A stretch of DNA of 64,000 bases, taken from contig OX597814.1 of assembly GCA_951406725.2 (NCBI GenBank), positions 17,112,001-17,176,000 on the forward strand. The letters run 5' to 3'. Within the stretch, counting starts at the first letter, position 1, and each line of letters starts with the position of its first letter. This DNA comes from Octopus vulgaris. Its lineage: Eukaryota. Below, one piece after another: positions 26,212 through 40,005 of this stretch. The notes beneath the pieces are model-generated. The model did not search any database. It was not told the origin of the DNA and saw only the letters and a program-made list of their open reading frames with translations. A program made the translations under genes and the position numbers.

Positions 26212-26609
26212 TTTTCTCTTTTACTTGTTTCAGTCATTTGACTGCGGCCATGCTGGAGCACCGCCTTTAGTCGAGCAACTCGACCCCAGGACTTATTGTT
26301 TGTAAGCCTAGTACTTATTCTATCGGTCTCTTTTTGCCGAACCGCTAAGTGACGGGGACGTAAACACACCAGCATCGGTTATCAAGCAATGCTAGGGGGA
26401 CAAACACAGACACACACACACATACATACATATATATACATATATACGACAGGCTTCTTTCAGTTTCCGTCTACCAAATCCACTCACAAGGCATTGGCCG
26501 GCCCGGGGCTATAGCAGAAGACATTTGCCCAAGATGCCACGCAGTGGGATTGAACCCGGAACCATGTGGTTGGTTAGCAAGCTACTTACCACACAGCCAC
26601 TCCTGCGCC
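26212..26609 (-). mobile_element. SINE family 2, full length, tail-to-tail with the previous copy
   Basis: Reverse complement of family 2, starting ggcgcaggagtggctgtgtggtaag. Confidence 0.9.
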
Positions 26610-27072
26610 TATATGTTGTAGAGAAATTTATATTTTACACATTTTTACAAACAATGATTGCAGCTTTAAAAGGTGTAACTACTCTGAATATGATAAAATG
26701 GTAGCGCTTTGTAAAGTTCTGATTCGATGAGTTAATATACACAACAGTGGAAGTTTAGTTTTAGACGATATCGGAAAGTGTGTATTTTGAAAGACAGGTA
26801 GTTGCGGTTTCTCATGATAAATTAACACTGAAAATACCAAACGATCATGGAAATAAATCTTGTTCTCCCATATATAGCTACTTGTACATATTTCATGTTC
26901 TGTGATATGTTTCTACATTGCTTTCACTATCAGCTCCATCTGTGTTTTTAGTCATATATCTGCACGTACGAATATAAATTATCGAAACCATAATGGTATC
27001 CGTGGGGCAGCTGATGATAGAGGTATGTTGGATTGTTGGCATGGCTGAAGAATAGTATTATAACATTCTTTT

Positions 27073-27121
<49 letters not shown>

Positions 27122-27317
27122 TAAGTGTGAGAATACACTCTTTGTGGTAAGGCGTTTTGATGCCTATTTCTAGCGTACAGAATTTCCCTTTAGTGGTCAT
27201 TCCTCTTATTAATTGTAATACAGTTTTTAAATCTTCGGATTTTTCGAATATGCTAGACCACTGGTTTAAATTGATGTTAATTGATTGATATCAATTTCTA
27301 CCCTCAGTATTTTAATT

Positions 27318-27357
<40 letters not shown>

Positions 27358-27413
27358 GGCGGTGCCCCAGCATGGCCACAGCTCATGAGCTGAAACTAGA
27401 ATCAATCAATCAA
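27358..27413 (+). mobile_element. Isolated retroposon 3' tail in (TA)n
   Basis: ggcggtgccccagcatggccacagctcatgagctgaaactagaatcaatcaatcaat: same layout as the family 2 SINE tail, but with a different hairpin and an (AATC)n terminus. Confidence 0.6.
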
Positions 27414-27423
27414 TATATATATA

Positions 27424-27577
27424 TATACAATAATATGTTCAAATAGCCACTTCGGCATCTGAAACTCACAGTTTTATCTTGACTATCGAGTAATGTAACA
27501 TATTATTGTATAGATAAATTTCCTCTATTTACATAATATTGAGGTCTCTTTCTTTCTTTTGTTATCTTACCGTTTTA

Positions 27578-27581
<4 letters not shown>
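27424..27581 (+). mobile_element. Truncated pseudo-LTR-like remnant with a short 5' inversion
   Basis: tatacaataatatgtt (27424-27439) is the reverse complement of 27497-27512. It retains catct GAAAC tcaca GTT (3' half of a hammerhead) and has (TA)n on both sides. Confidence 0.5.
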
Positions 27582-27636
<55 letters not shown>

Positions 27637-28154
27637 ATAAGATCATTATTTAAAATGCCGATCATATAAGGTGGTTAGCATGGGAAAAAACTTCATATAT
27701 AATTATTATTATCTAAAATTATAATTAAGGGTATCTAAAAGATAGCACCATGCTAGATATAGCAGCCAAAACTTCACTCTAAAACCACATTAAATGTTCA
27801 TACAGCATATACACATGTACACTTGTAAAGGCTGGCAAGAAGTATGTCATACATATATATTGCAAAATCTTTTGTCATAGCCTCGAGAACAGTTCAGGTC
27901 TTGAGGGGGAATTTAGGTAGGCATAAACCGTATAGAACACCGTCATATGAATTGGGCATGCTTTCCTAAAATCCCACCTTGTCACGTTGTGTTACACTCA
28001 TAATAGATCAGAGATATATTATGGGTACATGTTTCCGTGGATTAATCAGCCTACATTACCCTGATAATCAATGCGTAAGTTGTTCAGTTTATGGAACATC
28101 GTGGACGCTTATACGTCTTTCTGATCGGTAGAACCCATCACATGTGGGTATTTG

Positions 28155-28375
28155 TGGCAGAAACGTTAGCACGCCTGGCGAAATGCGTAGCCGTATTTCG
28201 TTTGCCGTTACGTTCTGAGTTCAAATTCTGCAGAGGTCGACTTTACCTTTCATCCTTTCGAGGTCGATAAATTAAGTACCAGTTACGCACTGGGGTCGAT
28301 GTAATCGACTTGATACCTGTGTCTGTCCTTGTTTGTCCCCTCTATGTTTAGCCCCTAGTGGTTAATAAAGAAATA
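28155..28375 (+). mobile_element. SINE family 1 (long-tail form), 10-bp TSD
   Basis: TSD ggtatttgtg at 28147-28156 and 28376-28385. Confidence 0.88.
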
Positions 28376-28434
28376 GGTATTTGTGTCTCTGTGGATGCGT
28401 GTATGCGTGTAAACGCATGAGCGTGTGTGCACGC

Positions 28435-28469
<35 letters not shown>

Positions 28470-28983
28470 TGCGCGTTTGGGCGAGTGTGTACTTGTATGT
28501 ATGTGTGTGATTTTATGTATTTGTGTTTGAGTATTTGTGTGTGCGTGTGTGTGCGTTTGCGTGCGGGCTGGTTGTCCTGTTGTTAACAGCTTGCATAACA
28601 CAGCAACGATTCCCATTATCGATGTAACAGAACTCAGAGAGAAACCGAAGGAAACTATATGCTCAGAAATGCAAACGGATATAATAGCTCTGGTTACAGC
28701 GTGTCACCTCGAGAAATTCTATAGTAAAAATTAAGGGTCGACTACCAGTTATGAATATATGTCATGTGCATACATGTCATATATGCTGATGTGCAGTGGC
28801 GTATCACATTTAAAAAGAATGGCAAAATATCGGTATTTGACATTTTCGATCACTTCGGAAAAAGTTAGTTTAGCCTCGTCTGTGACACTCGGTGAATTTT
28901 AACACTTGGCATCGCGTCGGGAACTTTCCGGGCGCTATCCCACAGCAAATCAGCGTTTAAACTCATAATCTATCACACTCTCA

Positions 28984-29066
<83 letters not shown>

Positions 29067-29242
29067 GGTGTGTGTTTGTATGTATATATATATGTGTGTG
29101 TGTGGGTGCATATATGTATATATGTATATGTGTATATATATATACACACACACACATTATGAGTGTGCGTGTATACATATATATAAATATGTATCACATA
29201 TACATATATTTATATGTATCTTTATATGCATATATATATAAT

Positions 29243-29297
<55 letters not shown>

Positions 29298-30422
29298 TGT
29301 ATGTATACGTATTTATATATATGTATATATACATATATAGAACGAGAGGCATACACACACTCTCACACATTCTCACACATACACACATATTCTATGTATT
29401 CTATATATCGAAAATAAAAATAAAATTCAATACCGAACAAAATTTTAAAAAACAATAGAATTAGTGTTGAAAAGCAAGAAAATAAAGAAGAAACAAAAGA
29501 ACTAAAAAAATTCGTCAAAAAGGTAATGTTTGTTAAAATGCATATAAAAAGGACAAAACAAAGGTGAAACAAAATAACAGAAAATAAAAAAAATAAGCGA
29601 ACAATCATATAGTGTTTGCAAGGTTAAAGTGAACAAGATTTTTTGTCAGATTCTTACAGCTATTTGACATTTACATCAAACGTAGACGTGCTTTTAGTCA
29701 CTTACTACTAACACAGCGAAACCTGAATAACAGCGCCAAGCATAGAAAGAAAGTTCCATTTATCACTTGCCGGTTAACACCTGTGTCGGCGTTGTTGTCA
29801 AAATGTCTCTGAAGTAAATCATTCTAGTGGACCGCTGATCTGAATCTGTCGAGACCCGAATAGTCACGATTTATGTCGACATTAACTAGTAGAAGTGTGT
29901 AGGAAGTGTATATATATATGTATATATGTTTGTGTGTGTGTGTGTAAGCGTGCATATGTGCAGAGAGTGCATATTTGTCGATATGTGTATATGTATCTCT
30001 GTATGCTTCTATCTGCCTCAATGGAGTGTATGTTGTGTTTTTACCTGCATATATGACAGCGAAAGTGTACATGCCGAAAGCTGCTATAAGTGTGTGTGTG
30101 TGTGTGCATGCATGAATGTGTGTGAGTATGAATGTTTGTGTGTGTATGTGTGCGTAAACAGATATATACGTATGTAGGGATCTCTTTTTCTTACTTTGTT
30201 TCTTTCTCTCTCATGTTGTATATACACAGGCACACATACATATACGCGCATACATATACATTTATATATACATTTATATATATATGTATATACATATGTT
30301 ATATATATATGTATGTAAGAAAATATATTATATATATATGTGGGTAAACATATATATAGATATATGTATATATATAATATATAGTGTGTGTATATTTATC
30401 TGTATAAATATATATACATATA

Positions 30423-30502
<80 letters not shown>

Positions 30503-30544
30503 TATATATATGTATATATATATATATATATATATACAGATATA

Positions 30545-30595
<51 letters not shown>

Positions 30596-31134
30596 TTATA
30601 TGTATGTATGTATGTATGTATATTTATATATACAGATATACATGTATACATATACATATATATATATATATAATATATATATATATATATACATATGTGT
30701 ACGTGTGTGTGTAGCAGGAAACGGGTAAAATAAAGAAAAGAATATGGACGACACTGGCATTATGCTGGGATAGAAAATGCTTTGGGACAAAATTAGTTGT
30801 GGTTTTATGTGTTAAACGAACATGGTCACTGTTAGGTTTGAGCGTGAGAGATTCACGAAAAATAATGAAATAAGGAAAGAGAGAAGAAAAAGAGAAAGAA
30901 ATAGAAAAAGAGAAAGAAGACAAAAGAGAAAAAGAGAAGAGAAAGTGGAGTTCAAGGATAACAAAGAGAAATTTGTGAAAGTAATTATCTGTGCATTCGT
31001 GTATGTATGTATGTATGTATGTATGTATGTATGTATGTATGTATGTATGTATGTATGTATGTATATATACCTGTGCATGGGTGTGTGTGTGTGAGCATAC
31101 GTATTTGTGTGCGTTTATATGTGTATGTGTGTGT

Positions 31135-31179
<45 letters not shown>

Positions 31180-31181
<2 letters not shown>

Positions 31182-31326
31182 CCCGTAACTTAGCATTTCG
31201 GCAAAAGAGAGCGATAGAAAAAGTACTAGGCTTGCAAATAATAGGTCCCTGGGTCGATTTATTCGACTAAAGCGGTGCTCCAGCATGGCCACAATCAAAT
31301 AACTGAAACAATTAAAAGAGTAAAAG
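31180..31326 (+). mobile_element. SINE family 2, 3' half
   Basis: ccccgtaacttagcatttcggcaaaagagagcgatag...gcggtgctccagcatggcc...aaaagag. Confidence 0.8.
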
Positions 31327-31345
31327 TATATGTATATATATATAT

Positions 31346-31401
<56 letters not shown>

Positions 31402-31617
31402 CACACATATGTGTGTAAATGTAAAAAAATACAAACTGGGACAAGAACGTGAAACATTTAGAAGACGATACAAAAAACACGGACGGGACATTCGAAGCCT
31501 TCAATCTTCAGTCAATAACCGGATCATCTTCGAAATTTCGGCTGATTAATCTTGAGATTGCTCCGATCTGGCCAACCCCAAAGGAAAATCTAAGCCAAGC
31601 GCATTAGAGTCCTTGGA

Positions 31618-31648
<31 letters not shown>

Positions 31649-31649
31649 C

Positions 31650-31704
<55 letters not shown>

Positions 31705-33176
31705 TGCTTGCGAATTTTTGGTTAGTTTAAATGTTTGTGACATTCTTCAACATATAAAGACAAATTCACAACAGTTAAACATGGACAAAATATTCTTTCT
31801 TGTAATAATGAAATGGGTGTAATACACTATGTCTGTCGATTGCTGCTCGTTGTCAATTTGCAGACACATCTCTAGCGGTTTAACCATTGTATGTGTGTGT
31901 GTATGTGTGTGTATATGTGTTTGTGTGTGTGTGCATACACACTTCCTTGTGGGTGGGGTGCTACGTTTGCTTCTTCATTTATGTCTGTTTGTCTTTGTGT
32001 GTGAAGTGAAGAGATATTTCAACTTTGACAGCCTCCACATCTATGTAATTCAAGAACTTTACAAGTATTCATGCAATGCAGCAGTTATGAAAACAAAAAG
32101 AAAAAAGAAACAGCATAGGTAACTTGCTTACACAGCAGTTGGAGGTCGTTAAAATTTGTCACACTACTCACCGTGCATGAGACAACGATATGTTTCCCTC
32201 CCGCCACATCTGTTTTCAAGGAAGGACGACCCTTTTGCGAACTGCCTCTTGCTGAAACATCGACTTAATTTGAAGCAGTAAGAAAAAATTCTAGGAAATC
32301 AGCATCAGATTGGAAAGAGTCTCCGACACGAACGGATTGGAAATTTTTTCGGAAAACAGTAGAATTCTGATCAATAACATCATGTATAACGCAATTAAAC
32401 AAATGGGCAACTTTAAATACATTTTATCTACTTTGAGCTTGGATGGCTGAAAGGAGACAAAAATAAAAAATGATCTGAATTCATAAGACATAATAAAATG
32501 TTGTTTCTAATAGAATAGCCGTTCCATGAGTTTTACAAGAAACCTCAGATTGTAAAAGTCTCTAGTAACTTTAAATTTTGTATGATGTTGAAAGCTGTTC
32601 GTAACTGATAAAGAACTTAGAATCCAGGCGTTCGAACTTTAGAATTTCAGAAGGCTCTCACGCATCTCATCTTCGTAGAATATTTTGAAGAATAGTTAAA
32701 GGTGATACTAGCATCATCTTAAATAAGTGGTAATTTTACCTCTTTTTCGGCATTGATTTAGATTGCCAAGATCACTTTCGAAAGTATGAATAACATAAAG
32801 AGCACTACTTTAAAAATATTGCCTTGTATTTTAAGCCAGTTATCATGGCTCGTAGAATTTTTTCCTCTTTAATTATGAAGGGAAGGATAGTTTTATTAAA
32901 AAATTTGAGACTACTTAGATATTTTGGGAAAGAATTGAGTAAATTAGCCTTAAACTGGGGAAGAAACCCTATAGTTTACAACAGAATGGTCTCGTGGGAG
33001 AGAGGGTGTGTTAAACCAGTTGATATATTAAAACTACCACCCCAAACAAGAAGGTCACTTCGACAGACTCCACATGATACCAGTCTACCAAATTTTATTC
33101 ATATGGCCCAAGTCCCCCCGATGAAATTTGCTGAAAGTACCATCTCCCAATATAATAATGAGTGTAGTGCTTTTAC

Positions 33177-33276
<100 letters not shown>

Positions 33277-34175
33277 ATATATATATATTTGTCCAGAATC
33301 ATGCCGGAAGAGGAAGAGGAGAGAAAATAGTAATTATAGTAATTCAGTGAAGGAGAATTAGTGAGGGTAATAGCCCTGACTGAGAGGGAGTGAGAGAAAG
33401 GAAGGGGTGATAGATGAATAAGGAAGGGGCGAAAAAAAATCAGCATTTCAACTCTGAGTATATATGTGTATGTGTGTGCGTGTACAAGAGAAGTATGTGA
33501 ATGTTTGTATGTGTGATTATTATGTACCTTATTTATATATAAAATACTACAATTAGTTGATGGCACGTGGTCAGTTAGTGCTGTAGTAAATCTAAGCTAC
33601 AATAATGCCTTCACCAATGTAGACCATAAGACAAAATTTCAAGTTCTTTTTAGTTCTATTTTCTTTGCCATACAAATCCAAGCGACAAATTTTACCGTTA
33701 TTCCTGCATAATTGTTACAGCCAAGTTTTCCGTCTCCACGTTGTTATAAGCTTTTGACGTAAAGCTTTACCTAAAAACCACTATTTACTGCCAGCATTTC
33801 TTCAGTATCTTGGCTTAACGGAACACTCACCAGAGATTCTCTAGATACAAATAGATCCTCAATATGGACAAGTTTAATCGTTTATTTAACCATTATACTG
33901 AACTGAGAATTCATATATCTGTTTTCCGACAGACATATCATCCTTCAAAAGCCTAACATACCAGCGATGAAATCTTTCACCTATTTTCCATGTTTTATTA
34001 TTTTAAGTCTTCATGCTTACACGTCATCTGTTCAGATTGCTTCGTATTAACACCATGGTAAGAAAAACCTTGTTAAACAGGTGCAACGAAGCCAGGCCTC
34101 CAGGCAACATATTCTTTCTCTAGAACATTCTATTACACCTTCTACTGCAATGCCATGATCTACTTCTCTACTATC

Positions 34176-34219
<44 letters not shown>

Positions 34220-34401
34220 ACTTACCTCACCTTTCTCTCTCTCTCACTCATCTCACCTTACTCTCTCTCTCTCTTTCTTTTATCTCTTTTCTCTCTCTCT
34301 TTCCTCGCTTTTCTCTCTCTCTTTCATCTCCTTTCTCTCTCTCTTACCTCTCCTTTCTCTCTCTTTCCTCTCTTTCCTCTCCTTTCTCTCCCTCTCTCTC
34401 C

Positions 34402-34516
<115 letters not shown>

Positions 34517-34754
34517 GACTTTCTATATATTTATCTATCTAGCTTCTGTTTTCTCTTTCTCTCTTGCTATTTTGCTATCATTTTAAATCTCTATGACTCT
34601 CATCATTGCCTTACACATTCTCATTGACACACTTTATCTTGGCTCTATATTTCCATTATCCATTGCCATAGTCACAAACATTGCTAATCAGCCGTACTCA
34701 ATGAAAGTCTGTGGTTAAAAGCAACATTTACCTTTTATCTAGCCCCAATTATTG

Positions 34755-35073
34755 GCTTCTAGCCGAGCTGCAGCACCACTTTCAAAGGTTTATCCAAACA
34801 AATCGACACCAACACATATTTTTGAGTTTGGTACTGATCAGCATCTTATGCCGAACCGCAAGGATACAGGAACGTAAACAACACAATGCAGTGGCAGTTG
34901 ACAAATACAAAAACATACATAAAATACAACAGTCTTCATTATAGTTTCCGCCTACCGAATTCCCTCACAAGCCAATGGTCTACCAGGGACTATAGTAGAT
35001 GACATTTGCCGAAAGGGCTCCGTGGTGCGAATAAAGTCGAACCCTCGTGATATAAATCTAAACTTCTGAACCA
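34755..35073 (-). mobile_element. Old degenerate SINE family 2 copy
   Basis: tgccgaaccgc, agtttccgcctaccgaattccctcacaagcc and gggactatagtagatgacatttgcc match family 2 reverse complement blocks in order. Confidence 0.6.
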
Positions 35074-36210
35074 CTAAGACAAGAATGAATAAATTTTGTC
35101 CATATATCTGAATCATATCCACTTGTCAGCTCAACTAATCTTCGTTATACATTTATTCCTTGCGCTAACGACCTATAATAAACCAACAAAGCTGCTACCT
35201 CTTTCGATACAGCTAAACTTGATACCAAATTCATTTGTTTTACATTCATTTATAATTCAATGTCACCGAGTTGTTATCAAATCACTCATCTAATCATCAC
35301 CTATTTCTTTCATGCGCTCATTCTATTTCATTCATTCTCATCTAATAACTCATTCTTTCATTCATTAACACATTGATTCACTTAAGAATTGGATCATTTT
35401 CCCGTTCATTCACGTATTTTATACGGCAAGAACGGCAAGGAGTAGCTGTCAAATTTCACTCAATTTAAATAAAATTTGTCACTTCAGAAAATGCGTATGT
35501 GGAGTACCCACGCATGAGAAAAAAAAGCACGAGTCGGCTCCCATAGGAATGATGACGCACTGTGAGGACCGCCCAGAGAATAAACAACAATTTATATCAA
35601 TGCACGCTACCTACTGTTTCTCTTTATCATTGAGGTTATTTCTCACTAATATATGTATCTCATTCTCACACATTCATAGACGTTCGTACACATCCGCGTA
35701 CGCAAATAAACATTCAATTTGATAAAACCCTGCTTGTTTAATTTGAAATGTGTTCCCAACAAGGTATAACCTTGGCATATCTAATGCCTTGGATCTCTAT
35801 AACGAAACAATTATTTTCGCTCCTTGTTTAGAATATTCATCAGAACCAAGCACTAGTTTATAGTAATTCATATAGTCCGTAAGGCAGCCAGAATATTTAT
35901 ATATCATACTGTAAGCTGTATGTATTGTATGGTATACTGCAGACCTATGTTTCTCATGAGATAGGGTATGTGAGGGTTATAAAGTTAATGGACAAATTGT
36001 TTTCGTCTTTTTAAAACTTGTCTAACTGAACGACGAATAGATAGCTATTAAATGGATGCAAAACCTATTTTGTTTGCTTATAAATAAATGAGGGACTACA
36101 ACTTTTATTAAAACACACACAAACATATACATACATACATACATACATACATACATACATACATACATAGACACACAAAAGTTTGTGTGTATGTTTATGA
36201 TGGACACTAC

Positions 36211-36350
36211 CTCATTTCTTTACTACCCACAAGGGGCTATACACAGAGGGGACAAACAAGGACAGACAAACGGATTAAGTCGATTACATAGACCCCAGCG
36301 CGTAACTGGTACTTATTTAATCGACCCCCGAAATGATGAAAGGCAAAGTC
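36211..36350 (-). mobile_element. SINE family 1 (long-tail form), 3' part
   Basis: Reverse complement of the family 1 centre and tail. Confidence 0.82.
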
Positions 36351-36763
36351 GTCGGTTTCGACGTCTGAGCGTCTGACCGATAACTTATTCAGTTTATTCA
36401 GCTTAGTCGTTTTAATCGAGTTTGACATTTTAGTCCTGCCAAACATTTGCAAACCAATCCATAGCTCATGCGAGGGTATGGATTACGAGACAACGTAGCG
36501 GCCGTGTTTGACAATGCTTTTGTCCTCCCTCCTAGTTTTCGTAGACGATGGACATAACCGGATTCGAAGTCCCTTATGGCATCGTAGCACAAATTTCAAG
36601 TCTTCCCAATCCAGGGCCGCTTATTGAAAGGTTTCACAAGGTATATTGATTGCTGACAGATTACTCTTCAGTTTTTCTTTCTACCTGGGCTATAGTCACC
36701 CAACATTTCTTTGTCCACTATCACGCTGGTGAAGCATGAGGATTTCATACACACATATACATA

Positions 36764-36921
36764 GGCGTAGGAGTGGCTGCGTGGTAAGTAGCTTACTACC
36801 CACTTGGTTCCGGGTTCAGTCATACTGCATGGCACCTTAAGCAATTGTCTCCTACTATAGCCTCGGGCCGACCAAAGCCTTGTGAGTGTATTTGGTAGAC
36901 GGAAAATGAAAGACGCCCATC

Positions 36922-36986
<65 letters not shown>

Positions 36987-37232
36987 TATATACATATATA
37001 TATGTATGTATGTGTGTGTATATGTTTGTGTGTCTGTGTTTGTCCCCCCACCCCCAACATCGCTTGACAGCCGACGCTAGTGTGTTTACGTCACCATAAC
37101 TTAGCGGTTCGGCAAAAGAGACCGATAGAATAAGTACCAGACTTAGAAAGAATAAGTCCTGGAGGTCGATTTGCTCGACTAAAGACGGTGTTCCAGCCTG
37201 ACCACAGTCAAATGTCTGAAACAAGTAAACAG
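36764..37232 (+). mobile_element. SINE family 2, full length, with expanded internal (TA)n
   Basis: Head ggcgtaggagtggctgcgtggtaagtagc through tail tgaaacaagtaaacag. Confidence 0.88.
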
Positions 37233-38494
37233 TATATTTCTATACGTGTCTCTTATATACAGATACACGCACGCACGCACACACACATTATACCCACACA
37301 TATATATATATATATACAAGGATATATGCTTTCATATACACTACATACATACATACATACATACATACATACATACATACATACATACATACATACATAC
37401 ATACATACATACATACATACATACATACATACATACATACATAATTGCAAACATATACATATACATATATATAGTGGTACACAGGAAGAAGAGATACTTT
37501 TTAAATTACGACATTAAACATGAAAGATGACAGCGAGAAAGTGAAAGTGAAACTAAAAGTAGTAAACGATAGATTCATAGAATGATCAATAGTGCAAGGA
37601 TGAGCGAGTGAAATGGCCAAGCTAAACGACGGACACAAAAACATTCAAGAGAGTCGTTGGATTAACATATTTTCTCGAGAGACACTGTGGATTATTTAAC
37701 GACGTAGGGAGAATCATGTAGAATAATTCGAAGACATAATTTGCCTGAATTGTTCTCTTTGCCGTTCTGTTTCCCTTTCACAACTTCTCTCCTCTCCTTT
37801 TTCTTTCTCTCTTTATTTCATTCTTTCTTCTTTTTTTTCTCTTTATTTCCTCTTTTATTTTTATACTCTTTCTCTCTCCTTTCCTCAGTATTTACGCACA
37901 CAGACACACATATACGTATATACGTATATTTGTATGTTTGCGTGTATTTATGTATGCACATTCAAATATAAGTCGAGAGAAAGAATCGCAAGCGGGCTTG
38001 AATCAAGGAATTGTGAGACCTAGTGATCACAAATAAAGGAAAAAAATATTTGTACGCCTCATGTGTATAATGAAATATCATTACTCAACAAATGAACGAT
38101 TTCATCCTATTTTTTTTTCTATTCTACTTCTTTATTTTTCATGTTTCTTCAAATCACACGCAAATAAATAAATAAAAGAAAACCCGCAGCGCCAACAATA
38201 AAAAAATAAATATAATAAAAATATATATATAGCAAAACAAAGAAACGAGTAAATACAAGTCAATAGCGGCGCGCCTTTGCGTCGTTTCATTGTCCAGCTA
38301 CCGTTCCGATGCGTGTAATAATCTCTCATGGCTGTACTTAAGCGAACAAACTGTAAACTGCTCTTGGAATACAAGTACTTCAATTTTACTGCTCTTATAA
38401 CCATAGAATGGTCTTTTCTCTGCTGGTCAGCTGCTTTGTCTGTTTCTTTTATCTTCACACACAACCACGTGTGTGTATGTGTATGTATCTGTAA

Positions 38495-38620
<126 letters not shown>

Positions 38621-39066
38621 GTATATGAGCGCATTCGTGTGTGTGTGTGTGCTACTTCGGATAATTTTATTTTTGTGTGCATGTGTATGCATTTGTGCGT
38701 GTGTATGTGTGTGTGTGTGTGTATGTGTGTGTGTGTGTCTGTCTGTGTCTGTGTGTGTGTATGTGTGTGTGTGTGTGTGTGACTGGCTGTAATGACTATG
38801 CAAATCCTACTAAATCTGAATGGACCAAGGAAAGGCAGAATATATATCGAGATTTTATTGTGCCTTGTATTGCTATTGATGAAAATACATGAAAACACGC
38901 TGGTCATTTTTGTTTGACCATCTTTTTTTCTGAAATGATTAGTCATATCTTTCGCTTATCTCTTATTCTCGAGATTTTGAGCTATAAAGCCATACATACG
39001 ATAAACAAAAAAAAATAATAAATGTAAATATGATCTTTTAATAACCTGACACTAACAATACTGGTT

Positions 39067-39433
<367 letters not shown>

Positions 39434-39442
39434 TTCTGTTAA

Positions 39443-40005
39443 GGCGGCGAGCTGGCAGAACCTTTAAGACGCCGAGCGAAATGCTTGACGGTATTTCGTC
39501 AGCCGCTACGTTCTGAGTTCAAATTCCGCCGAGGTCAACTTTGCCTTTAATCCTTTCGGGTTCGATTAAATAAATACCAGTTACGCACTGGGCTCGATGT
39601 AATCGACTTAATCCGTTTGTCTGTCCTTGTTTGTCCTCTCTGTATTTAGGCCCCTTGTGGGTAGTAAAGAGATAGGTATTTCGTCTGCCGTTACGTTCTG
39701 AGTTCAAATTCCGCCGAAGTCGACTTTGCCTTTCATCCTTTCGAGGTCGATAAATTAAGTACCAGTTACGCACTGGGTTCGATGTAATCGATGATAAAGA
39801 AATAAGAATCGTTGGCACACTGGGCAGAATGCTTTCTGGTCTTTTTCCCATCCTTACGTTCTGAGTTCAAGTTCCGCCTAGGTCGACTCTGCCTTTAGCC
39901 TTTCGAGTCGATAAATTAAGTACCAGTGAAACATTGGGGTCAATGCAAATGTTTAGTCCCTTACCCAAATTTTCAGGCATTTGGCCTTTAGTAGAACGGA
40001 TTATA
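39443..40005 (+). mobile_element. Tandem/nested array of three SINE family 1 bodies
   Basis: The acgttctgagttcaa.ttccgcc block occurs at ~39508, ~39693 and ~39856. The long-tail copy ends at 39673 and the sequence resumes at the internal ggtatttcgtctgccg. Confidence 0.87.
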
